A DNA stretch of 64,000 nucleotides from Vicugna vicugna (taxonomy: Eukaryota), in NCBI GenBank assembly GCA_013265495.1, contig MU058718.1, forward strand, positions 3,610,081-3,674,080, read 5' to 3'. A program made the translations under genes and the position numbers. The notes beneath the pieces were generated by a model, which had not been told where the DNA came from, searched no databases, and saw nothing but the letters and a program-made list of their open reading frames with translations. Positions 50,450 through 62,157 of the stretch are shown here, one piece after another (position 1 is the stretch's first letter; every line of letters begins with the position of its first letter).

Positions 50450-50630
50450 GAGGCTGGTTTGGACTCAGGACTGCCTGGTTCCAGTCTGGATACCACTATT
50501 TACTGGAAAACCTTGATCAGACCTGTTTCCTGATGTACAGAATAGGCACCATCATAATACCCTTAGCATTGATAGGGAGATTAAGTGAGATGCTACTTAC
50601 ACAGTGTCTGGAAGGTAATCAGTACATAGA
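50450..50630 (+). mobile_element. MIR SINE
   Basis: ctgcctggttccagt...tgtttcctgatgtacagaat...gattaagtgagat. Confidence 0.55.
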
Positions 50631-50699
50631 GAATATTCACTCCTGCTGAGATTATAAAAGGTTCCTGAAACTCCACACATCACAAACTTGGCTAATTCT

Positions 50700-51390
50700 T
50701 ACTCCCTAACCATTACACTGCTTCCTCTCCTGAATTTTCTCCCTAATCTACATCACCACCCTGTGCTGTAAGTCACAGAAGCTAAAGTCCTCGGTCATCC
50801 TCAGCGATCAGTTTCTGGGGCCTGTGATGACCTGAAGTGCTTCTCAGATTTATCCCGTCTCTCCGTTTCCATAGCCTCTAATAGGTTCGGAATTCATCAC
50901 GATTTCTCAGCTGACTTTTGTGCACCCTTTCTTCCATCTGTCCAACCTCCCTCTGGCCACCAGACTTACCTTACTAGAGAACACTGACAGTCATGCTTTT
51001 TGGAAAAGTGCAACATGGCAGCACCGAAGGGCCCTGAGAGGGGGGCTGATCCTCATACCTTTCTGACCTCAGGCCCTGCCGGCAGCGACCCCCAGCGCCA
51101 CGCCCCCAGTCCTGCTGCACCTGCCGTCAGCTCTCTCAGTTCCTCAATGGGTTTTATGCTCCTTCACTGCGTTCTCCACTCTGCAGGCCAAATTATGTTT
51201 TCGTTCCCATTACACTTACCTTTTTCTTGCCTGAAGACAGCACATTTTCTATTACATCATAGATCACTGTATCTGTGTCTGTCTCCCTGCCATGGTCCCG
51301 ACTGTGTGTTCCCTGTGGTCAGCAACAGAATCTGATCTGTCAGCTTCCAGAGCACCAGCACAGGCCCGATACACAGCAACTGCTCCTGAT
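50700..51390 (+). mobile_element. Degraded L2 fragment
   Basis: C/T-rich L2-like body ending ccagagcaccagcacaggcccgatacacag. Confidence 0.5.
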
Positions 51391-51989
51391 GGTTTTAGCA
51401 TCTCAATTTAGGCATATTTTGAAAGATCAGAGCTGTCGAATTGGCATTTTGGGGGAAGGTAGTATTTTTAAAAAACGCTTCAAGCACATTCTTTTTCACT
51501 CCATGTTACTGTGTGAGGGTGTGAACAGGAATGTATTAAAAATATACTGGCTCTATGTTCTTTTGGCAAAATGTACTTTGAAAATAATGTTCTTCCAATC
51601 AGCCTTTAGCACTGGAATAGAAAATATGTCAAATGGCACATCCGTGTGGTTTTATATTTTTAACAAATGTGGGTGGATATCTAAAAAGTATTTTGTATAC
51701 GTAGAAAAACACATTTTGTGGACTTCAGTTGGTGTTATTTTATTATAATTTAAACATACAAATTATAAAAACCTGTATGTGTAGCTTTTACATCTAAAAA
51801 CCAAAATAAAACTGTAAATTAAATATAAACCATATCTGCATCATCACTAAATGAAAATTGCGAAAGCTATTCTGTTTTATACTTTTTGAGCTCTCTTCTG
51901 CTGTCAGATGAACAAGGTATTCTGCAACCAGTTTTCTTTCATTTGACCATCTATTGAGAATGTTCTTCATGTCTTTAAACTTTTTACTA

Positions 51990-52441
51990 TAGTGCTATTT
52001 AATAGAAATATAATGCAAGCCATGTACGTAATCTCAAATTTTCAAATAGCCACATTAAAAACTAAAAAGAAACAGATGAATTTAATTTTGAATCATTTTA
52101 TTTAATATCTCCAAAACATTATCATTAAAAAAAATTGGGAGGGGGAGGTAATTAGGCATGTTTGTTTATTTATTATTTAAATGGAGGTACTGGGGATTGA
52201 ACCCAGGACCTCATGCATGCTAAGCACACATTCTACCACTGAGCTGTATCCTCCCACCAAAACATTATCATTTTGCCATGTAATTAATATACAAAAATTA
52301 TTATTGAGCTATCTTACATTTTTGTACTATTCAAATTCTGGTGAGTATTTTAGACTTACAGCACATCTTAGTTTGTATTATATATATTTCAAGTGTTCAG
52401 TATCTACATGTGACTGCTGGTGGCTACTGTTGGACAGTATG
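51990..52441 (+). mobile_element. MER33-like hAT-Charlie DNA transposon (interrupted by SINE)
   Basis: aatagaaatataatgcaagcca...tagccacattaaaa... and terminal gtggctactgttggacag recalled as MER33 consensus. Confidence 0.75.
52127..52256 (-). mobile_element. tRNA-derived SINE (Vic-1-like), antisense, nested in MER33
   Basis: Family match in reverse; perfect 16-bp TSD ccaaaacattatcatt at 52111-52126 and 52257-52272. Confidence 0.9.
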
Positions 52442-52653
52442 ATTCTATAGGATCAAAAAAAAGAAGGCAAACTTTGATGTCATAAGATAAATATCAGTTT
52501 TTTAATACTTGCTTTTGTCTGCTCTAATCTACTGAAACTTTCAAGATGAACACGTTGTCTCAGTCTAGAACACTGATTTATGCATGACATACAGTGGTAC
52601 AACAGTTTGATTAGTTTTAATTGTGCCCGCTTAATTTCCCCAAATTTCTTCAG

Positions 52654-52764
52654 GAAAACAGTCGTCTAGAAAATGAGCTTCTGGAAAATGCTGAGAAGTT
52701 GGCAGAGTACGAGACTCTGACAAACAAACTTCAGCGAAATTTGGAAAACGTTTTGGCAGAAAAG
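52654..52764 (+). CDS. NIN: Ninein coding exon 11 (ENSRLENELLENAEKL...VLAEK)
   Basis: atttcttcag| ... AAG|gtaaat; 111 nt, phase 0 to 0. Confidence 0.95.
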
Positions 52765-53144
52765 GTAAATCTGTTTAAATTTAATTTCCTGATATGTAGC
52801 CTGAAAGTGTAGTTTACTCAAAAGAGCGGAAGCGAGGCCACCAAGAAAACTTCTATGACAGTTATTTACATGCCTGAAGGAAGCTGTCGCTTCTGCAGCC
52901 GTCATTTAGTAGGTTAGTTATGAGGGAAGCACTGCATGGCGCTGAGAGGCAATCTCTGCTTTAGTTGAGTACATCACTCTAGAATGTTCTCCCATCATCC
53001 AGCTGGTGGTGTTTCTGCTTAAATGTCACATTCCTTTCATACTCAGGAGACTGGTTGAACACCAGAAACTGGGGCCTTTGGTATGTTACAGGTCAAAGAA
53101 GGACACTTGGGAAAAATGACAACTCTGCCCTTTTCCTCTTCTAG

Positions 53145-53234
53145 TTTGGTGACCTTGATCCCAGCAGTGCTGAATTCTTTTTGCAAGAAGAAAGGCTGAC
53201 ACAGATGAGAAATGAGTATGAGCAGCAGTGCAGG
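53145..53234 (+). CDS. NIN: Ninein coding exon 12 (FGDLDPSSAEFFLQEERLTQMRNEYEQQCR)
   Basis: ttcctcttctag| ... AGG|gtgagt; 90 nt, phase 0 to 0. Confidence 0.95.
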
Positions 53235-53254
53235 GTGAGTGCCTGACGAGAACT

Positions 53255-53480
53255 CAGCCAGTGGAGGGGTGCCTGGGTTCAAATGCTTCTTCACCATTTA
53301 CTGTGTGCGTGACCCTGAGCACGTCACCTAATCTGTGGGTGGCTCAATTCCTGGCAAGAATAAGAGTTCCCACCAAGTAGGGTTGTTGTGGAGACTCAAT
53401 GAGTAAATATAGTAGAGTCCTTAGAACAGAGCCTGGGACACGAAAAACACTTAACCCAAGTGCTAGCTATTAATATTATT
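53255..53480 (+). mobile_element. MIR SINE
   Basis: cctgggttcaaat...ccatttact...gggttgttgtggagactcaatgag...cttagaacagagcctgg...tagctatta. Confidence 0.72.
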
Positions 53481-54183
53481 ACCTAGTACCCTGAAATATC
53501 ATGCAAAGTGCACTTGAGTCTGCTTTATCTGGGTCAGAAATTGCTAGTAATTAGAGGGAAATAAAGTTTTATTCCAAGAGAAGGAAAATGTGGGCATGAT
53601 GATGGGCTAGCCTTTCCTGAGCAAACAGTGCAGACCTAATCTGATATAATTTGCTTTTGTCTTGTGGGTTTTTTCCCTGAATACATTCCTTACTTTATTT
53701 ATAAAATGCAAATAGAGTAGAAACCAGTCAAGTCTGTAAGTAGTAACTCATTATAAATTCCTACCAGAAGACATAAAAACATCCTTAAAAATAACAGGAA
53801 TCTTTGAGTTTTTTAAAAAATAACTCTCCTAAGCTCAGGAACTTCGGATTTTGGTTTTTTTTTTTTTTCTTAAACCGCAAACACTTGTCTATTTTAACAA
53901 GGTAAGCATAATTGAGTTCTGACTGCTGGAGATGAACATTGTACTTGTGCAGAACTGAGGGAAGCAACCACCTCCCTATGAGGTTGCTCAGAGCCTGCCT
54001 TCTCAGGAAATAGACATGCACATTTTGAGAAAAGAAGTGAAACGTTTATGCCACTCTTAGAAATAAGTTTTGGCTCTTGGCTCTAATTGGGCAGAGGTGT
54101 TTTCTTATATGCCTTTAATTATTTCATCGGTAAAAATCTGTCAGCTCTACCTCCAAAATCCCCCAAATTCATCCACTTGCTTA

Positions 54184-55232
54184 TTTTTTTTTTACAGCTT
54201 TTCATAACCATATAATTCACCCACGTAAGGTGTACAAGTCAATCTCTTTTAGGATATCCACAGAATTGTGCAACCATTACCATGATAAATTGGAGAACAT
54301 TTTCATATCCCAGAAAGAAAACTCCCATTCCACCATGCTGTAATCTCTCCCGGGACCCCCAGCCCTAGGCAACTGATAATCTATTTGCTGTCCTTTGGTT
54401 TTGCCTATTCTTTATGTTGCTTATAAATGGAATTACATAGTGTGTGGTCCTTTGTGCCTGCTTTCTTTCACGTAGCATAATGTTCTCAAGGCTCATCCAC
54501 ATTGCAGCAGGTATCAGTACTTCATTTCCTTCATCTGCTGAGCAATACTCCATTATACAGCTGTACCGCATTTTATTTACCCATTCGTTAGCTGATGGAC
54601 ATTTGGGTTGTTTTGAGTATTATGAATAATGCTGCTGTGAATACTTGTAAGCAAGGCTTTGTGTGGACATATTCTTTCACTCCTCTTGGTTTTATACCTA
54701 TGAGTGGAATTGCCGGGTCGTATGATCACCATATGTTTAACCTTTTGAGGAACTGCTCAGTTTTTTCCAAGATGTTTTCCACCGTTTTACATTCCCTCCA
54801 GTATGAGAATTCCAGTTTCCTCCACATCCTTGCCAACAGTTGTTAATTGTATGTCTTCTTTATTTTAGCCGTCCTAGTGGGTATGAAGTGGTATCTCATG
54901 GTGGGTTTGATTTGCATTTCCCTGATGGCTAATAACATTGAGTATCTTTTTATGCGCCTGTTGGTATATCTTCTTTGGAATAGTGTCTATTCATATCCGT
55001 TGCTTAATATTTAAATGTGTTCTTTGTCCTTTTGTTATTGAGTTGTAATAGTTCTTTATATATTCTACATACAAGTACCTTATCGGATATAAAATTTGCA
55101 AAAGCTTTTCTCTCATTCTGCAGGTTGTCTTTTTACTTTCTTGATGGGATCATTTGAGGCACAAAAGTTTTTAATTTTGATGATGTACAGTTTATCTGTT
55201 TTTTTCTTTTATCGCTTGTGTTTTGGACATTA
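54184..55232 (-). mobile_element. About 1 kb LINE-1 (L1MB-like) 3' fragment, antisense
   Basis: gatggacatttgggttg, ttgatttgcatttccctgatg and degenerate ORF2 C-terminal peptide on the minus strand (MEYCSA...WMSLENIML). Confidence 0.88.
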
Positions 55233-55265
55233 CACCTAAGACTTGTGTTGGTTTTTAAACTCCAG

Positions 55266-55404
55266 GTATTACAAGACCAGGTAGATGAACTCCAGTCTGA
55301 ACTAGAAGAATATCGTACGCAAGGCAAAGTGTTCAGACTTCCCTTGAAGAACTCGCTGTCAGAAGAACTTGATATTAACAGTAGTTGCATCGAGCCTGAC
55401 CAGG
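55266..55404 (+). CDS. NIN: Ninein coding exon 13 (VLQDQVDELQSELEEY...IEPDQ)
   Basis: aaactccag| ... AGG|gtaaac; 139 nt, phase 0 to 1. Confidence 0.94.
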
Positions 55405-57207
55405 GTAAACCATTCAGGCGCTGTCTTTTCAGTCTCTGCCTTTGACTTTTGTTTTTAGAACCATGGTTGAATGAAAAATTGCAAAACATCGGCAACCAAA
55501 AAAAAAAAGAAAAGAAAAAAGAGAGAGAGACTGGCAATGCTATTTTCTTGAGCTATTTCACTTGTGGTCTGTTTTTTTCATTTCTCCTTCAAGTCTTTAT
55601 GAGAATAATTCCATCTGATTTTGAAATGCATCAACAAAGAAATGGAAAAATCAAACCACAAGGATATTTGCTTCATTAAAACGAAAAGCTGGCCACAGAT
55701 CTGAGGATCCAGGCCTTGGGAGTGTTAGAATTCAGTGGTTGAGCTACTACTGAATCCTCCCTTTCTAAAAGAGTGTCTAACTGGTGTGACAGTATTTTAG
55801 AGAGTGAGCCAGCCAGAAACCAGAGTTTGATATTCTTCTGCTGGCTGTGCTAAATGTCTGCAAAACAACAAATAAGATAAACAAATGTTGGTTGCCTGTG
55901 CCTTTGAGGAGGATTTTGAGTAGCAAGGTTGGCAGGCTGGGTTGTTTGGGAACCCTCCTACATTCATTATCAGCTCTTTCCCTCCCTCCTGCTGTCCTAC
56001 AGGAAGGACTCCACTGTGCTGAGTTTGAATTTCAGAAAGGGTTTATACTAAATTCTTCTGTTATAAATAGTTCTCCCCACTGCTACTGGGAACAGGAGAA
56101 CAGGTTCTTACAAGCGTTGTTTATTCTTCTCCTCACTTGTTTATTCTAGAATAAGGGACTAGGGAGGGGACAGGAAGAGGCCTGAACACCTGCCCTCTGA
56201 TTCTGAGTCTGTACTCTGTAGCCTTACTGTGGTATAAGGATGGAGCCCAACCGATATGCTAAACCTCAGAAGCTTTTCTGGGCTTTTCCACAGATGGCCA
56301 AGGGAGTTCTCGTGGGTACGTGAGGCTGTTCCACCTTGGGGTGGTTTACGCCCCAGGCATCACTTCTCAGTTGAGGATATGTCATGATACTTGAAGAGAA
56401 AGCCCGAAGCAGGACTGTCAGTTCCAGATGCTAGACTTGTGCTGTTTCTGGCATCTGCCTGTGTACCTCCCTATGAAAGGTCTCTATGTAGGGTTAGTAC
56501 ACAGACAAAGTGGTTATGCCTAGCTCAGCCCTCAGCCTGTGCTTCACATTTCAGTGTCCTTCTCACCATCACAGGCAGTTGCTGAAGTGAACTCATATGA
56601 ATGACTTGAGAATTTTCCACCCAAACTGCCTATATCCAGGTTCATAACTTACGCCCTGTTCTTTAAAAATGTTAGCTGGTAATTTAGGATGAGGCCCCAC
56701 CTGTACTACAGAAAAATAATATTACAGTATTCAGTCTTCTGTAATGTGGAGTGGTGGTTTGGATATCTTGACCCTTGAAGTTAACACCTCAAGGTGTTTA
56801 GCAAGTATGCTGGCCATTCATTCTCCTGCCACGTTGTTCCTCTGCTAATTTGTCATTCAGTATTTGCTGGATGGCTGGTTGGTTTGAGTGAACTACCTCA
56901 CTCTGCAGCATTTTCATTAGGAGGAGGTCACGTTTAAACAGCAATTCCACTGTTCTGTCAGATTCCATTAAGGTTTATTACACTGTCTGTACACGAAAGA
57001 ATCTATTCACCTTCATTTTTTTCTTGTTCTTCCCTAATGCTTGAAAACAGGAGACGTCTCTTGGCTTCTGTTGTTTCCTAGTAGATCCCATCTGTAGCAA
57101 TTTAGGCTAAAAATCATCCCTTCATTAAACTGGATGTCCTTCCTCAGATGCCAGTTGTGTTACTGAAAAAGCCTGCTGCAGGGTCAACAGATCCCATGTG
57201 TTTTCAG

Positions 57208-57329
57208 GGCTTGGTTCTGAAGAATGCAATCCATTGAATATGAGCATCGAGGCGGAGCTGGTCATTGAACAGATGAAAGAGCAGCATCACAGGGACTTGT
57301 GTCGCCTCAGACTGGAGCTTGAAGATAAA
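57208..57329 (+). CDS. NIN: Ninein coding exon 14 (GLGSEECNPLNMSIEAELVIEQMKEQHHRD...LEDK)
   Basis: tgtgttttcag| ... AAA|gtaagt; 122 nt, phase 1 to 0. Confidence 0.95.
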
Positions 57330-57689
57330 GTAAGTCCTTCTCATCAGTCCGGCTCTCTAATGTCTTTGAGCTCTGACAGGCTTTGCATGTAGAACATTCT
57401 CAATTCTTTTTTCTCAAAGAGCAGCACTGTCTACACTTCCTCTTGTGTCTTGATGGCTGCCAGAACTCACCTCCTCAGGACAGTTTCATAGGCCAAGGGT
57501 GAGGCCTTTTCTTCATAGGAGAGAGTTTCTTAAAAATGTAGTATCTTCAGCCCTAGCAACCATGGAACTTGCAGGTCATTACATTATTCCCAACTCATTA
57601 AAAAAATCTCAATAAAAAATTTTAAAAGCCCTTTGATATAGCATTACCACCTCAATTAGGTACAAGTTTTGAATCTTGGTCTCCAAAAA

Positions 57690-58135
57690 CCTTCACCATG
57701 TCACTTCAGCTGGTATATCTAGTCTTCTTTTTTTTTCCCCAGTCCTCTGAGTTACCTTATCCTCCAGCCAAACCAGGTAGTCTGCTGTTCTCCATCAAAC
57801 TGTCCTGCTCATGCTGTGACATGTGTTATTATTATCTCCTTCCACCTCTTAAAAGTCTACCTACCCTTCAGAGTTTATATCAAATGCTACCTCTTGCATT
57901 CCTGGATTCTCCCAACCAAATGTGATTTTTCCCCCCTCCTTTAAGTCCCTGGGTTACATCGTAGCTGTTTTCCCTATACTTTTAATATGTTGTATTCTGA
58001 CTTGTAGTGTACTTTTTTTGTATTTGTCATAACCATATCTGGAGTGGGTTTTTCCTGATGACAGGGGCTCGTCTTACCCAACTTTGTGTCCCCACAGGGC
58101 CTGATAGGCATTAAAGAGATATTTGAATTAAATTG
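57690..58135 (+). mobile_element. Degraded L2 fragment
   Basis: ctacccttcagag...tcaaatgctacctct...gacagggg...tttgtgtcccca...atttgaattaaattga. Confidence 0.55.
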
Positions 58136-58432
58136 AGCATGTTAAGACACTAAGTGTGCAATTGGAAAGGATGCCTGTGAAGACAAATGATATCTATGTG
58201 AAGGCTTAGTCGGTTTTAATAGAGCTGTTCAGAAACTAGAAATGCAACCAAGTTAAAAAGGAATGCAAACCATGCCTGACTTCAAAATATTTAACATGCT
58301 TTCGAGTTGTTACTTTAAAACAAAATGAGGAAACTGAGGAATGTCTTATAGGAAAAAAGAACTTACTGCCCCGTGGCATTTCCAAGGCCTTGAATTGAGT
58401 AACACTCTGGTTATTTCACTTTCGGGCTTCAG

Positions 58433-58938
58433 GTGCACCACTATGAAAAGCAGCTAGATGAAACCAAGGTTGCCTGTGAAAAGGAGCGGGAGAACATGAA
58501 GCAAAAGTATGAGAATGAAGTGCACACCTTGGAAAAACAAATAAGTGACCTTAAAAATGAAATTGCAGAACTTCAGGGCCAGGCAGTGGTGCTCAAGGAG
58601 GCACAACATATGGCTGCCTGCACACTTGAGGAGGAGAAGAAACAACTGCAAATGAAGTGGGATGAGGAAAAGGCTCACCTGCAGGAGGAGCTGAGGCTGG
58701 AGCATGAGATGGAGCTCAAGGCTAGGCTGGCGCGGGCGGAGGAAAGCTTTAACGGAGAGAGGGAAAAATTCATTCAAAGTGGAGCCTGGACAGAGGAGAA
58801 GGTGAGAGGCTTGACTCAGGAACTAGAACAGTTTCACCAGGAGCAGCTCAAAAGCCTGGTGGAGAAGCACACTCTTGAGAAAGAGGAATTGCAAAAAGAG
58901 CTCTTGGAAAAACACCAAAGGGAGCTCCGAGAGGGAAG
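58433..58938 (+). CDS. NIN: Ninein coding exon 15 (VHHYEKQLDE...ELREG), coiled coil
   Basis: gggcttcag| ... AAG|gtaaga; 506 nt, phase 0 to 2; matches ORF 58433..58942. Confidence 0.95.
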
Positions 58939-59847
58939 GTAAGAAAATGGGGGAAATGGAGCAACCTGGGGCACTATTCCTCAGGGGCACCAGAAGTCCA
59001 GTCAATTGAGATGATTATGAAAAATCAGAAGACATAACAGCCCATGGGTTCTTTTTTAGTTTTTCAACTTATTTTGCCATTATTTAATAAACCTACTTTG
59101 GGGTTATTGAAACTTTTTTTTTTTAAGAGGAAAGTATTTTTTGTGTCAGATGTGTACCTTTTACAGTTCCAGATGAGGACAAGATTATTGCAAATGTGGT
59201 TTCTTCCTAGTTCAGTCCTGTTGTTTTCTGAGAAAGGTCATTTATAAGCTAGATTCTAGGCAAGATTACATTTCCTCAGAGTTATTAAACACCATTTTGT
59301 GCTTACTTTTCTTGCATGAAATCTGAGATACTTTTGAGGGCTTTGGTGCTTCGTACTTTGATTAACTTAGTGCTACTTTATTAAATAAAAAGCAAAACAT
59401 AATAAGTTTGTTAATATGTGTGGTTTATATGACTACTATCCACCAATGGATACTTAATTAAAATGAAAGAATTTTATGTATTTCCCAAGTTAGGGTTTAG
59501 GTTAATATGCACTTGAACATTTGTGAAGTATCAGTCTAAGTTTTTGGCTACAGATCCATAAACAAATACATCTGGGATTATGCCAAGGAACTTGGTTTCT
59601 AAATTTTCCTTCTTAAATGCAGAGAGGTAAGTAAGTCTTTTAAATTGATTATGACTGCCAGTGTTGGCTCTCACAGATGAGATCCCTTCTCAGTGTAAGT
59701 GAATCACATAGGAATAAATGAAGATCATTTTTTAGAAAATGTCTAAATTATTTGCTTGGCTGCTGCATCTATGTGTGGGAAAATGTTTTTTGTTTGCTTC
59801 CAGAGTTGATGGCAGTTTCAGTAATGCTGTATGTTGACCACATTTAG

Positions 59848-61992
59848 GGAAAAATTGGAAACTGAGTGTAATAGAAGAACCTCTCAGATAGAAGCCCAGT
59901 TTCAGGCTGACTGTCAGAAAGTCACTGAGAGATGTGAAAATGCTCTGCGAAGTCTGGAGGGGCATTACCGCCAAGAGCTGAAGGAGCTCCTGGAACAGCA
60001 ACGTGAGGAGAGGTCCCAGTGGGAGTTTGAGAAGGACGAGCTCTCCCAGGAGTGTGCAGAAGCCCAGGAGCAGCTTAAGGAGACTCTCCAAAGAGAGAAA
60101 GAAGCTTCTCTGGTCCTGACCCAAGAGAGAGAGATGCTGGAGAAAACATACAAAGAACATCTGAATAGCATGGTTGTTGAGAGAGAGCAGCTACTCAGAG
60201 ATCTGGAAGATCTAAGAAATGTGTCTGAAAGTCAGCAAAGCCTACTGTCCAACCAGATACTTGAGCTGAAGAGCAATCATGAAAGAGAGCTGAAGGACCG
60301 GGAGCAGGTCCTGTGCCAGGCAGGCGCCTCGGAGCAGCTGGTCAGCCAGAGGCTTGAAAGGCTAGAAATGGAGCGTGACCAGGAGAGGCAAGAAATGATG
60401 TCCAAGCTTCTGGCCATGGAGAGTGTCCACAAGGCGACCTGTGAGAAAGCTGATCGAGAGAGGGCCGAGATGAGCACAGAAATCTCCAGGCTCCAGAATA
60501 AAATTAAAGAAATGCAGCAGGTGGCATCTCCTCCCTCCAGGCTTCAGAATGGCTGCCAGGCAATGGGAGGGGCGGAGGTGGCAGGAAGTGGAGCCCTGTC
60601 CCTGCTCCAGCAAGGAGAGCAGCTGTTGGAGGAGAATGGAGATGTCCTCTTAAGCCTGCAGAGAGCTCATGAACGAGCAGTGAAAGAAAATGTGAAAATG
60701 GCTACTGAAATTTCTAGGTTGCAACAGAGGCTGCAAAAATTAGAGCCAGAGTCAGTAATGGCTTCTTGTGTAGATGAGCCAACTACTGGATTTTTGGGAA
60801 ATTCTGTGGAACAAACAGAACCATTTCTACTGCAAAACCGAATGAAGCAAGTAGAAAGTGGAACCATGCAGAGTGTCCTAAGTGACCTGCAAGGTGATGA
60901 GGTCCAGGATCTGGAAAGTACAGGGACGAGCTCTGGTCAGAAACAAGAGGTCAGAATACAGGAGTCTGAAGCATCAATAGAGAGTTTTTCTGAGCTTGAA
61001 AATAGTGAGGAGACCAGGACTGAGACCTGGGACCTGAAGAATCAGGTTGGCCAGCTTCAGGAACAACTAATGATCTTACGTGCAGATTGTGAGCGAGCTT
61101 CCGAAAAGAAGCAGGACCTACTTTTTGATGTTTCTGTGCTAAAGAAGAAATTAAAGGTGCTTGAGAGAATCCCTGAAGCTTCTCCGAAGTATAAACTGTT
61201 GTATGAAGACGCTAGTAGAGAAAATGAGTCTCTTCAGGAAGAGCTGAGAGTGATGGAGACACGCTATGATGAGGCTCTAGAAAATAACCAAGAACTCACT
61301 TCAGAAATGTTCCGATTACAGGATGAGTTAAAGAAGGCTGAAGAAGTGACTGAAACATTCCTTAGCCTGGAAAAGAGTTACAATGATGTCAAAAGAGAAA
61401 ATGAGGAACTGCATATTCTGGTTCTGAAACTTCAAGGCAAGATTGAGAAACTGCAAGAAAGAGCAGTGCTGCAGTGTGATTGCTTCTCCTTATGGGAAGC
61501 CCATTTAGATAACCTGGACGTCGAACCTGATGAGCAGGTGCTTGAGCTAAATCGGACACTGGGAGAGCACGCACCGAAGGTTATGAAAGTACATCGTATT
61601 ATAGAAGAACGTTATCAAGAAAACCAGTATATTGAGCAGGAGAATACACAGCTCCTAGATAAAGTAAAAGCACACAAAATTGCCTGGCTCCATGGAACAC
61701 TCCGGACACATCGAGAAAAGCCTGTAGTAGAGGACCAAGTTATCCTGGAGGAAAACGCTGCTCTCTTAGGCCTTCAAGACAAATATTTTCAGCGCCAGGC
61801 CACAATTGCAGAGTTAGAACTGGAGAAAAAAAAGCTGCAGGAGCTGACTAGAAAGTTGAGGGAAAGAGTCACTACTTTAGTTAAGCAAAAAGACATGCCT
61901 TCTCAAGGAGAAAAGGAGGAGGAGCTGAAGGCAATGATGCATGACCTGCAAATCACGTGCAGTGAGATGCAGCAAAAAGTTGAGCTTCTGAG
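59848..61992 (+). CDS. NIN: Ninein coding exon 16, giant 2145-nt symmetric exon (equivalent to human/mouse exon 18)
   Basis: cacatttag| ... GAG|gtaatg; 2145 nt = 715 codons, phase 2 to 2; E/Q/K/L-rich coiled coil in ORF 59831..61996. Confidence 0.95.
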
Positions 61993-62046
61993 GTAATGTA
62001 TGTACCTTCTCAACCTCACGGAATCCCACAGAGCTCCTCACCAAAT

Positions 62047-62157
62047 CTAACTTCCACTGCTTGCTGTGCCTAGAGACACTAACCTGGTAGTCTTCGAGAA
62101 GAGAGCAGTACTTTAGACTTCCTCCTGCTTCTGTGTCATATTAACAAATAGAATAAC
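62047..62157 (+). promoter_or_regulatory. Candidate QKI response element downstream of the giant exon
   Basis: CTAAC 62047, ACTAAC 62078-62083, ATTAAC 62140, TAAC 62154 within about 165 nt of the donor. Confidence 0.55.

Noticed and set aside
54365..54846. ORFs with L1 ORF2-like peptides
   Set aside because: Degenerate, truncated L1 remnant; not an intact gene
59732..61574. Several minus-strand ORFs over the giant exon
   Set aside because: Antisense shadows of E/Q/K-rich coding sequence
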